Notes: generated by a model not told the origin, from the letters alone. A stretch of 64,000 bases of DNA from an uncultured Candidatus Saccharibacteria bacterium (GCA_937903325.1 CALCZR010000059.1:1489-65488); one strand, 5' to 3'; positions 20,147 to 28,305 are shown, counted from the first letter of the stretch. Made by a program: numbers and translations.

Positions 20147-21961
20147 CTATAAAGCTAGTAGATATTCCTGCAGCTTATCAAGGGGAACTTTCTCTTCTTT
20201 ATCCTTGAGGCGCACGCTCACTTCACCAGCTTCTACATCCTTAGGGCCGACAATAAGAACGGCTGGAATTTTCAGACCCACAGCATCACGAATCTTCTTA
20301 CCAAGCGATTCATTACGTTCATCTACTGTGTAGCGAACCTCGTTGTACTTAACTGGCTGCATGAGTACCATACCATCTAGTATGTCCCGGATCTTACCCA
20401 CGTATTCGTTAACCGAGTCATTAATAGTAAGAATACGAACCTGCTCCGGCGCTAACCAGAACGGGAACCAGCCACCAACATGCTCAATATATATACTAAG
20501 GAATCGTTCAATTGAACCAAGTAGCGCACAGTGAACCATTACTGGTCGTTTTTTGCTGCCATCTTCTGCCGTGTATTCGAGGTTGAATCGCTCTGGCTGC
20601 GCGTAATCAAGTTGCACGGTTGCTAGTTGCGTCTTACGGCCCAGCGCATCGGTAGCCATAAAGTCCATCTTTGGTCCATAGATAGCAGCCTCACCAATAC
20701 CTACCTCGTATTCTAGATCAAACGAATCAGCCAAGCCTTGGATAGCAGACTGAGCCCGCTCCCACGTTTCCAGCTCACCCAAATAATTGTCCGCATCGTC
20801 TCTAAAGGAGAGACGGAGAGACAGCTTAAGATCCAATAGTGCGTACATTTCCTTAGCGCTCTCTAGCAGCTCGCTAAAGATTGCTTCTACCTGTTCATCG
20901 GTACAGAAGACATGAGAATCATCTTGAGTAATGGCACGTACCCGGCTTAGCCCACCAAGCTCCCCACTCTTCTCATCTCGGTACACTGATGTAGTCTCCA
21001 TGTACTTAATAGGCAGTTCTTTGTAGCTTCGAGGCTGAGAAGCAAATATCTGCGTATGGTGTGGGCAGTTAACCGGCTTGAGGGCTAGCTCATCCCCTGA
21101 CTCTGTAGAGGTAAATCGGAGGAGTTCTGGGAACTTCTCAAAGTGACCAGATGTCTTATAGGTGTCTATCTTGGCAATATGCGGTATCCAGACCTTAAGA
21201 TAGCCCCGGTCTTTTCGGTAACCTTGTGCCAATTGGTCTATCTTATCTCGCAGTATCGTTCCTCTTGGGCTAAATAGCGGCAGCCCCGCTCCTATAAGTT
21301 GTGAGCTTGTAAACAAGTCTAGCTCCTTGCCTAACTTACGGTGATCCCTTGACCGTGCTTCTTCCAGCATTTGGAGATAGTGATCTAGCTCTTCCTGCGT
21401 CTCAAAAGCCACACCGTACAAGCGCTGCATCTGGGGGTTCTTCTCGTTACCTCGCCAGTAGGCACCTGCCACCCGCATTAACTTAAAGGCACCTACCTTA
21501 CCGGTGGACTCTACATGAGGACCTCGACAGAGATCAGTAAAGTCGCCGTTGCGGTAGAATGAAACATTCTCTACCTGACCATCTCCTTCAGCTACGGTGC
21601 CCATTTCGTCAGCACTAAGATCCTTAGCAACAGTAGTACCAGCTCGCTTCAGGTCATTGAGTAACTCTTCCTTATATGGTTGTTTGGCTTCTTTAGCCCA
21701 GGTTATGGCTTCGTCTACAGGGAGTTCAAAACGCTCAAATGCCTGGTCCTGAGCAATAACACCTCTCATCTTCTTTTCGATTGTCCCGAAGTCTTCTTCA
21801 GATATCTTCTGCTCACCAAGGTCTATATCATAATAAAAGCCGCTCTCAACTACTGGTCCCACTCCCAGTTTAGCCTCTGGCCATAGGGTGGTTACGGCAG
21901 TTGCCATAATATGGGCGAGCGAATGACGCATCGCATGTAGTTGGTCTTGATTGTCTGCCAT
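20147..21961 (-). CDS. thrS: threonine--tRNA ligase
   Basis: 604 aa; MRHSLAHIMA, HRKLGKELDLF, class II motifs, C-terminal anticodon-binding domain. Confidence 0.96.
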   Translation of the reverse strand: MADNQDQLHAMRHSLAHIMATAVTTLWPEAKLGVGPVVESGFYYDIDLGEQKISEEDFGTIEKKMRGVIAQDQAFERFELPVDEAITWAKEAKQPYKEELLNDLKRAGTTVAKDLSADEMGTVAEGDGQVENVSFYRNGDFTDLCRGPHVESTGKVGAFKLMRVAGAYWRGNEKNPQMQRLYGVAFETQEELDHYLQMLEEARSRDHRKLGKELDLFTSSQLIGAGLPLFSPRGTILRDKIDQLAQGYRKDRGYLKVWIPHIAKIDTYKTSGHFEKFPELLRFTSTESGDELALKPVNCPHHTQIFASQPRSYKELPIKYMETTSVYRDEKSGELGGLSRVRAITQDDSHVFCTDEQVEAIFSELLESAKEMYALLDLKLSLRLSFRDDADNYLGELETWERAQSAIQGLADSFDLEYEVGIGEAAIYGPKMDFMATDALGRKTQLATVQLDYAQPERFNLEYTAEDGSKKRPVMVHCALLGSIERFLSIYIEHVGGWFPFWLAPEQVRILTINDSVNEYVGKIRDILDGMVLMQPVKYNEVRYTVDERNESLGKKIRDAVGLKIPAVLIVGPKDVEAGEVSVRLKDKEEKVPLDKLQEYLLAL

Positions 21962-21986
21962 AACTTCTCCTTAAGTTTTAAGCAAT

Positions 21987-22038
21987 TAAAAAACGCGGGG
22001 TTTAGTATTCTCGCATTACACTAAACGTATCCGCGTCT
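21987..22038 (-). terminator. intrinsic terminator inside the thrS 5' leader (attenuator)
   Basis: The minus strand reads ACGCGGATACGTTTAGT-loop-ACTAAACCCCGCGTTTTTT. It sits ~25 nt upstream of the AAGGAG Shine-Dalgarno of thrS. Confidence 0.75.
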
Positions 22039-22170
22039 TGGGTCCTTAGTTTCAAGGAGGTTCCACCTAAGACTTTTACTCTTGTAAGCGCTTGTTTCCC
22101 TGCTCTTACCATGCCCGGGTCAGCTCAGCAGTTGGTGAGGCTGCTTCATAGCTAGTCACAGTATATCACA
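22039..22170 (-). promoter_or_regulatory. thrS leader with T-box-like features, plus its promoter
   Basis: Extended -10 TGATATACT (22160-22168). Hairpin GCAG-CCUCACCAA-CUGC exposes ACC-A (22126-22144). GGUGGAACC at 22059-22067 resembles the T-box core. Confidence 0.35.
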
Positions 22171-22186
22171 TCTGTTACTTCTCTTA

Positions 22187-22232
22187 TGGCAAACAAAAAC
22201 GGTTGAATGATCTCGCATGCCATTCAACCGTA
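22187..22232 (-). terminator. orphan intrinsic terminator with no upstream ORF
   Basis: The minus strand reads ACGGTTGAATG-GCATGCGAGAT-CATTCAACCGT followed by TTTTTGTTTG. Confidence 0.7.
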
Positions 22233-22460
22233 CTGTTTGGGCGTCCAGCCCGCGATTCGTTTTCAAAAAAACTAATCTCAAAACTTCACAAGAATAATCA
22301 TAACAAGGTTAGTACTATATGGCTAGTACATAAATGTCGTTATTTCTACATTTTCCACTGGGGATAACTATCTGTGGATTTATACCACGCATGACGTTAT
22401 AACGCTCACCCGTCCTATCTGGCACTCCCCTCTGTTTTATGCTAAAGTATCAAGGCTTCC

Positions 22461-22537
22461 GGGCGATTAGCTCATTTGGCTAGAGCGCCACATTGACGTT
22501 GTGGAGGTGATAGGTTCGAATCCTATATCGCCCACCA
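22461..22537 (+). tRNA. tRNA-Val (GAC)
   Basis: GGGCGAT...ATCGCCC acceptor stem, anticodon loop TTGACGT, GGTTCGAATCC, encoded CCA. Confidence 0.9.
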
Positions 22538-22582
22538 TCCTCTGTCACCTATATCTTTTGTAGGTCGCAGAGGATTTTTTTA
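22538..22582 (+). terminator. intrinsic terminator after tRNA-Val
   Basis: TCCTCTG...CAGAGGA long hairpin followed by TTTTTTT. Confidence 0.7.
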
Positions 22583-22627
22583 TGCCATATCCGTCCTCTT
22601 CAATCGTTGTGCAATCTGTTAGCATGA

Positions 22628-22656
22628 TTGACTTTGTTGTATTTTTGTGTTAACAT
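22628..22656 (+). promoter_or_regulatory. promoter of a ~250-nt non-coding transcript upstream of nrdR
   Basis: TTGACT (22628-22633), a 17-nt spacer ending in TGT (extended -10), then TAACAT (22651-22656). Confidence 0.5.
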
Positions 22657-22881
22657 AAGCGTGTTAATTGAGGTGTTTTTGGTTTTGAGTACCAAGAAGC
22701 AAGGCTCACTTGAAAGCTTTCAACTTTTCTATGAAGAGTTGTTATCTCCCAAGCAACTGAGTCGAATCAAACGCGTTCGTACCTACATCGGCTAAGCCAG
22801 GTAGAACGATACGCAATAACGCATTTCTAACCTGTTTTGGGCCACACGGTATCTTTTGCGTTACCCAAATATCTAGACTCT

Positions 22882-22910
22882 AGTGAGGTACTTATCCTCA
22901 CTATTTTTAT
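22882..22910 (+). terminator. intrinsic terminator 45 nt upstream of the nrdR start
   Basis: AGTGAGG-TACTTAT-CCTCACT followed by ATTTTTAT. Confidence 0.6.
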
Positions 22911-22955
22911 ACTTATCCACTAGCGTTTTGAATACCTATATGTCAATATGTAGAC

Positions 22956-23357
22956 ATGGTTTGTATATATTGTGGTGGGAATACGCAGGTTGGCAACTCT
23001 CGCCTGCAGAAGAAACAAAACTCCGTATGGCGCCGGCGCACCTGCGATGAATGCAGTGCAACCGTTACGACCCTTGAAAAAGTAGACTTGAGCAGCGCTA
23101 TTATCGTTACCCGTGGAAGCCGTCATGAGCCCTTCTCACGGGACAAGTTGATGATAACTATTCATGACAGCTGTAAGCACCGTAAGTCCGCCCTAAAGGA
23201 CGCTATAGCGCTTACAGACACTGTTATCTCCCACTTATATCCTTTAATATCAGAGGCATCTGTACCGAGGGACACAATAGTAACCGAAACGACCAAAATA
23301 CTCACCCGCTTCGACAAAGCAGCAGCCGTACAGTACGCTGCGTTTCACCCGCTATAA
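22956..23357 (+). CDS. nrdR: transcriptional repressor NrdR
   Basis: MVCIYCGGNTQVGNSRLQKKQNSVWRRRTCDECSATVTTLE zinc ribbon followed by an ATP-cone-like region. Confidence 0.85.
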   Translation: MVCIYCGGNTQVGNSRLQKKQNSVWRRRTCDECSATVTTLEKVDLSSAIIVTRGSRHEPFSRDKLMITIHDSCKHRKSALKDAIALTDTVISHLYPLISEASVPRDTIVTETTKILTRFDKAAAVQYAAFHPL

Positions 23358-23377
23358 CCTATTGGATACGCCCACTT

Positions 23378-23836
23378 CTAGGAGTTAGGGTCTGTTACAC
23401 CTTCTGGAACAGCATAGCCAGAGTCTGTTATATCGTGACGCTCCGTGATGCGTAGATAATACCCAAATGGGTCTTCAATTCGAAAGTCTTTCAGTCCCCA
23501 TGGCCGCGTAACAAAAGGATCTACTATATTCGCAAACACCTCAACCTTTTTATAGTACGCATCTATGTCATCGACAGTAATGACAAGCTCTACCCCATAA
23601 CCGCGTTTAGTATCTTTAGGAAATTGCTTGAAATATGATTGTTGGTAGACGCTTTCATTGCCTGGCCAGAAGTTAATAATGACACCGTCTCTATTCATCA
23701 CTAAATAGTCAGCATTCGTATCTTCGCTCCGGTCCCAAACTGTCTCGAACCCAAGCTTGCCATAAAAATCTCGAACAATATCAAAATCTGGAACATGCAG
23801 CTCAACCTGCAATTTGTTATTAGTGTCTTTACTCAT
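23378..23836 (-). CDS. VOC (glyoxalase/bleomycin-resistance) family protein
   Basis: 152 aa; FYGKLGFETVWD...LVITVDDIDAYYKKV...PWGLKDFRIEDPFGYYLRI. Confidence 0.7.
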   Translation of the reverse strand: MSKDTNNKLQVELHVPDFDIVRDFYGKLGFETVWDRSEDTNADYLVMNRDGVIINFWPGNESVYQQSYFKQFPKDTKRGYGVELVITVDDIDAYYKKVEVFANIVDPFVTRPWGLKDFRIEDPFGYYLRITERHDITDSGYAVPEGVTDPNS

Positions 23837-25431
23837 ATAACCTTCTTATTGTCTTCGGTGATCATGGCCTTATCGGTCACGTCGAACTTGTCGAGATACT
23901 TACCAAACATAAGCCTAGTCTGGGCATTAATAGCTGAGAACGCGTTATACAGAATAGTTGTTACTGGTAACAATACCCACTGCAACACCATGAAGATAGT
24001 GCGGTGACGCTTGTAGCGAGCTGGCTTAGGTGGCAACGTCTTGAGGCTGAGATACAACGTAGCCAGAATACCTACCATAGCAACCGTCTGGATGCGCCCT
24101 GCTAGGATCGGTAACTGGTTAGACGAGTAGTCTAATGGATTAATAAGCTGTGGGATAAAACCACCTACGAGGAGGATAATCGCTGAAGTAGACCAGCTAA
24201 TGTGTCCTTCGGTTAGCCTAGCCAGCTTCATGATCAGATCCTTCTTAGGTACCTTGTTCTTACTAAAGAAACCCTTATCTACTACGTAGGCAATGTCAGA
24301 GGCACCCCAGGCCCAGCGACGAATTTGGATAAACTGCATCTTGAGTGTTTTTACGTAGGAAGATGAGAACACTGCATCTTGGTAGATGGGTAGATAGAGT
24401 GGATACACTTCGTGCTTACCGTCAAAACGGAAGTAGGTCCGCCAGAACTGGTGACCATCTTCCACGACGGTACGCACACTCCAGTAATCTGTTTCGATAA
24501 GGGCAGCCATACTCTGAGCATGAGATGAGAAGTTGCGGATCATATGGGGGCGCATAGATAATACGATGTTCCAGAAGGAGTTTCCCGTTGCAATAACCCG
24601 CATTGGGGCTGGGGCATCCCAGATGTTATTAGTGTAAATTGGCACCGGCTGAAATGATGCATAGAGCGGATCGGGACATACTACGTATAGATAGGTAAGC
24701 GCGGCCAAGTACTCTTTATGTGGCCGGTTATCTGAATCAAGCGTAGTCACTACTACATTGATTGGATTGATCTTCTTATCTTCTAAATACTTCTCGAGCT
24801 CTCGGGCTGCATAGGTGATGTTACCGCCCTTACCTCGTACTTCCTTGGGGTTAAGTGGATGCTTCGCAGTCAAGGTGTGTGCAAAGTGGTTGCCATACTC
24901 CTTGGCCAGCTCTAGCACGGCCTTCTCAGACTGCGCCCCATCTCGACCTTCGTAGGCCATAACCAGGATAACCTTCTTCATGTCGTAATTAGACTCCAAT
25001 ACAGACTGAATCGTCGGCTCGAGCACCTCTTTAGTCTCGTTATATGCAGCGATGACAATGGCATGGTACACATCATCTGGCTTCATGGTCTTTACGAACC
25101 TTAGATTCTCACCGTGCCACTTAGGAGCGACCCGGTTCTCAGACACAACACCGGATTGCAGATCCTCGGTCATAGCCCGCCAATCGAGCTTTTTAAACTC
25201 TTCCATACGTTTCAACCCTTGGAAGTTACGGACTAGCATGCCAACCGATTTTACAAACCACAGAAGAATATAGGTAATAAATATAAAGATCAGGACATGT
25301 GGTGCAACAAAGGCTAGAACAAACGGGAGGATAAAAATACTCCAGGTCAGCACCCCGGGTAGAATTTCAAAAAACCTGTAACGACGGCTTCGGTCTTTCT
25401 CGTACGGAATCTCAATATCCTGTACTCGCAT
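23833..25431 (-). CDS. membrane-embedded processive family-2 glycosyltransferase (cellulose/chitin-synthase-like)
   Basis: N-terminal and C-terminal TM bundles; TTLDSDN (DxD), VEDGHQFW, and QIRRWAWG (the Q-x-x-R-W signature). Confidence 0.8.
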   Translation of the reverse strand: MRVQDIEIPYEKDRSRRYRFFEILPGVLTWSIFILPFVLAFVAPHVLIFIFITYILLWFVKSVGMLVRNFQGLKRMEEFKKLDWRAMTEDLQSGVVSENRVAPKWHGENLRFVKTMKPDDVYHAIVIAAYNETKEVLEPTIQSVLESNYDMKKVILVMAYEGRDGAQSEKAVLELAKEYGNHFAHTLTAKHPLNPKEVRGKGGNITYAARELEKYLEDKKINPINVVVTTLDSDNRPHKEYLAALTYLYVVCPDPLYASFQPVPIYTNNIWDAPAPMRVIATGNSFWNIVLSMRPHMIRNFSSHAQSMAALIETDYWSVRTVVEDGHQFWRTYFRFDGKHEVYPLYLPIYQDAVFSSSYVKTLKMQFIQIRRWAWGASDIAYVVDKGFFSKNKVPKKDLIMKLARLTEGHISWSTSAIILLVGGFIPQLINPLDYSSNQLPILAGRIQTVAMVGILATLYLSLKTLPPKPARYKRHRTIFMVLQWVLLPVTTILYNAFSAINAQTRLMFGKYLDKFDVTDKAMITEDNKKVI

Positions 25432-25433
25432 GG

Positions 25434-25790
25434 TTACCTCAGCACAAGAAGCGCATTACTTACAATAATGGTCAGAAGGCTTAGTAGCGTACCCATGCCA
25501 AGAATGGTGAGCGCGTAGCTACGATGGTGACCATACACCTTGAGGCTTAGTACAAAGTTCATACCAAGCATGAAGAACAAAAACAGTATAAAGACAAGGA
25601 TGTCTACCGCTTTACCAGCGGTATAGGCACTGATACCCAGGTTAGCTCGATACTCAATAATATAGCTACTGCCCCGTCCACTCCCTAAACGGAGCAAGAT
25701 AAGGGTTGTGCCGAGCAGTGTTAAGAAGGCGTTAACACTTAGGAGCAACAGAACAATACGATCACGAAGATAGTTCTTAGGAATAGACAT
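25434..25790 (-). CDS. hypothetical 3-TM membrane protein
   Basis: 118-aa ORF lying 2 nt upstream of the GT2 synthase on the same strand. Confidence 0.6.
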   Translation of the reverse strand: MSIPKNYLRDRIVLLLLSVNAFLTLLGTTLILLRLGSGRGSSYIIEYRANLGISAYTAGKAVDILVFILFLFFMLGMNFVLSLKVYGHHRSYALTILGMGTLLSLLTIIVSNALLVLR

Positions 25791-25852
25791 GTATACAGAT
25801 AATTCTACACTTTTTATATAGTACGAACCAGCAGCTTATGCACAAGAATTTT

Positions 25853-25926
25853 TGGTGCGAGTGGCGAGAATCGAACTCGCGACCCAACCTTGGGAAGGTT
25901 ATGTTTTACCACTAAACTACACTCGC
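25853..25926 (-). tRNA. tRNA-Gly (CCC)
   Basis: GCGAGTG/CACTCGC acceptor stem, anticodon loop TTCCCAA, TTCGATT T-loop, encoded CCA. Confidence 0.88.
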
Positions 25927-26002
25927 TGGAGCCACCTAGCAGGATCGAACTGCTGACCTACACGTTACGAATGTGTCGCTCTACCAACTGAGCTAAGGTG
26001 GC
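25927..26002 (-). tRNA. tRNA-Thr (CGU)
   Basis: GCCACCT/AGGTGGC acceptor stem, anticodon loop TTCGTAA, discriminator U, encoded CCA. The CCA abuts nt 1 of tRNA-Gly. Confidence 0.85.
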
Positions 26003-26121
26003 GTATCCGAAGAATTATATCAAAGTCTGTTGCTTTTTACCCCTTAAATTGGTATATTATCACCTGTCATTTTGAATTCAATAAGCCTGCCTTATAGATG
26101 AAGCAATAGACAAACAAATGC

Positions 26122-26199
26122 GGGCCCGTGGTGTAGCTGGCCTAACACGCCTCCCTGTCACGGAGGAGATCGCCGGTTCGAATCCGGTCGGGCCCGCCA
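26122..26199 (+). tRNA. tRNA-Asp (GUC)
   Basis: GGGCCCG/CGGGCCC acceptor stem, anticodon loop CTGTCAC, GGTTCGAATCC, encoded CCA. Confidence 0.9.
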
Positions 26200-26209
26200 A
26201 GTTGACTTA
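26191..26209 (+). repeat. direct repeat copy 1 (tRNA-Asp 3' end plus 10 nt), att-like
   Basis: GGCCCGCCAAGTTGACTTA; identical to 27508-27526. Confidence 0.85.
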
Positions 26210-26255
26210 CTACCATTTTTATGGTAGTATTTTTATATAAAGTAAAAACAAAAAT

Positions 26256-27476
26256 ATGACCTCACCTCAAGAGTTAACCCCAACATTAACCCCGCATATA
26301 GAAATGATGCCTACGCCAGCATTACTTGAACTGGAAAGAGTTCCTGAACAGAGCCTAGAAGACTTGGGGCATACGGCAATACTTACAGAGGTCCAGAGTC
26401 CAGAGGAAGCACACGATGCGTTAGTTGGAAATTATGATCACTTAACCACTCCCCTGACTGGTAACATAGACACAATAAAAAGAGATTTGGGCTTGAGCAA
26501 CAGTCAGGATAGCGATTCATATCTACAGTCAATTACATGGCAGGCCGAACAAGACCGACCCAATGCAAGAGTCGCTATCAATATGCCAATTAACGCCCTG
26601 CCACGTTTTCTCAAAACTGGTGGGTACATCCCCGCAACCGAAAGCGGCGTTGGTACTTCATCTGGGCGCGCCGAACAGGAGTTAAAGCGGGGCTATAGGA
26701 CCGCCGAAGAGCAGCCGCTAGTCTACGGCTACCTAACAACAGCTGATGCTTCAACAGTTGAGCAACCTGAAGTATTTGGATATGGCGGTGTTATCGCTAG
26801 GCTTACATCCGAAAAAACGGCTGACTCAACTTTTACCAGTTCAGATAGCATGGATATGGGAATGAACAAGAATTCCTTGCTCAACCTAGCCGATGGCCTA
26901 CTAATTGAAGAATCCAGGCGTCTTCGGGTCCAGACTGGAGAAATTGGCAGTAAAACTCGTTACGTTGAATCCCAGATTCATGGTGGCGTTGTTACATCTG
27001 ATATTGAATCAATCTCCGTACCGCTTGATACTACCGAAAAATCAACTGGTGATGCGTTAGCAGAGACTATGACTATGCTTGAAGCTGAGTTGCCAAATGC
27101 CGAGCGAATTGTACGTGTAGATGTCACTGACAGTTTAGAGAATGCAGCAAGGATTCTTGAGCTAGCTCAAGAGTACCCAGGTACAAAAATCGAGTTTGTA
27201 GTTCGTCCAAGCACTTCTGAGGGCGACATAAATCCAAGACAAGCACCTTTTATTGGCAATAAAGATGGAAGCCATCCCGAGCTGGCGGTAGCCCATGATC
27301 GAATGAATGAGAGAGTTAGTGAACTCACAACTAAACTGTCTGTATTCGCCCAGAAAAATGGCCTGAGCGAACTACCGGGTAATATCACGATCCAAAAAGG
27401 TGTTTACGATCAGAGCTTTTCGGCAAGAAAAGAGAGTCACGACCCAGCTGGCTTAATTAATAGGCAAGTTGCGTAA
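26256..27476 (+). CDS. hypothetical acidic protein, the only gene between the tRNA-Asp-derived direct repeats
   Basis: 406-aa ORF with no TM and no motif recognised. Own promoter TTGACT-17-TAGTAT at 26202-26230. Confidence 0.65.
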   Translation: MTSPQELTPTLTPHIEMMPTPALLELERVPEQSLEDLGHTAILTEVQSPEEAHDALVGNYDHLTTPLTGNIDTIKRDLGLSNSQDSDSYLQSITWQAEQDRPNARVAINMPINALPRFLKTGGYIPATESGVGTSSGRAEQELKRGYRTAEEQPLVYGYLTTADASTVEQPEVFGYGGVIARLTSEKTADSTFTSSDSMDMGMNKNSLLNLADGLLIEESRRLRVQTGEIGSKTRYVESQIHGGVVTSDIESISVPLDTTEKSTGDALAETMTMLEAELPNAERIVRVDVTDSLENAARILELAQEYPGTKIEFVVRPSTSEGDINPRQAPFIGNKDGSHPELAVAHDRMNERVSELTTKLSVFAQKNGLSELPGNITIQKGVYDQSFSARKESHDPAGLINRQVA

Positions 27477-27507
27477 GACTAAAGTAGTTCCAGATCTCTA
27501 AGGTTAA

Positions 27508-27526
27508 GGCCCGCCAAGTTGACTTA
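27508..27526 (+). repeat. direct repeat copy 2, att-like
   Basis: GGCCCGCCAAGTTGACTTA. The flanks retain degenerate similarity to the tRNA T-arm (AGATC..GGTT) and to the sequence downstream of copy 1. Confidence 0.85.
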
Positions 27527-27597
27527 TTACGATTCTTATATAAGTAAATATGTACGCCTTTTAACCATATGTATTTTTGTTCTATACTAAACGTAAT

Positions 27598-28305
27598 ATG
27601 AACATCCAACCACTGTCCCCGGGTCCGATTCAACCCAAACAAAAGCCTCAGACCACCGCCACACTTCCGCTTGAGCCACAGCAACCGCCAGATGCTACAG
27701 AAAAACCCTTCCAGGACCTAAGTTCTATTTATCCAACTCCAAGTGCGGGATTGGCAGATTCCCAGCACAATGGACAATCGGGAGTATTCTTAGAGTCAAA
27801 GGAGACAAACTGGGTTGGGAGTATACCAAATGGTGTTGTAATCATCTGCGTTCTGTCGGTCATCAATACTATCGCAACCTTTTTTCAGTCCACTAGCCTG
27901 CAGACTTCAAACGGCTTAGTCAACTTCATGCTGATCTTAAACCTGCTACTAATCTTTGGGTTGTTCACCCTACATAGCTTCGCTAGAGTACTTGTCGTGA
28001 TCTTCTCTTCACTTGCCGTTTTTTCTAGCCTTATGGGCTTATTCCAGATGGTGGATATCCAAAATCGCCTAGCCCAACAAAAGGAAACCTACACGCAACA
28101 GATTCAGCAGATAGAAATTCGTAAGAACCTTACGGCCGCGAACCAAGCAAAGCTCGACGCAGCTAGAGCAAAAGTTGCAGAAGCAGAAAAAGTAACTGGT
28201 GCAGCCATTACCCAAGCCTATCTAACCCTATTCTTCAGATTGGGATACTCAAGTTTTGTCGTTATCTACCTATTACGACCTTCTGTAAAACAAAAGTTCG
28301 AATAA
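27598..28305 (+). CDS. hypothetical membrane protein with a Pro/Gln-rich N-terminus, ~3 TM helices and a coiled-coil-like segment
   Basis: The ORF track starts at TTG 27577. The ATG at 27598 lies 9 nt after TATACT (27583-27588) and is the more likely start. Confidence 0.6.
   Translation: MNIQPLSPGPIQPKQKPQTTATLPLEPQQPPDATEKPFQDLSSIYPTPSAGLADSQHNGQSGVFLESKETNWVGSIPNGVVIICVLSVINTIATFFQSTSLQTSNGLVNFMLILNLLLIFGLFTLHSFARVLVVIFSSLAVFSSLMGLFQMVDIQNRLAQQKETYTQQIQQIEIRKNLTAANQAKLDAARAKVAEAEKVTGAAITQAYLTLFFRLGYSSFVVIYLLRPSVKQKFE

Noticed and set aside
22359-22382. DnaA-box-like 9-mers (TGGGGATAA, TGTGGATTT) here, plus single near-matches at 11628-11636, 22913-22921 and 36061-36069, as a possible oriC near gyrB.
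   Set aside because: The matches are scattered, mostly imperfect singletons. There is no dnaA or dnaN in the window and no cluster of four or more boxes next to an AT-rich unwinding element.
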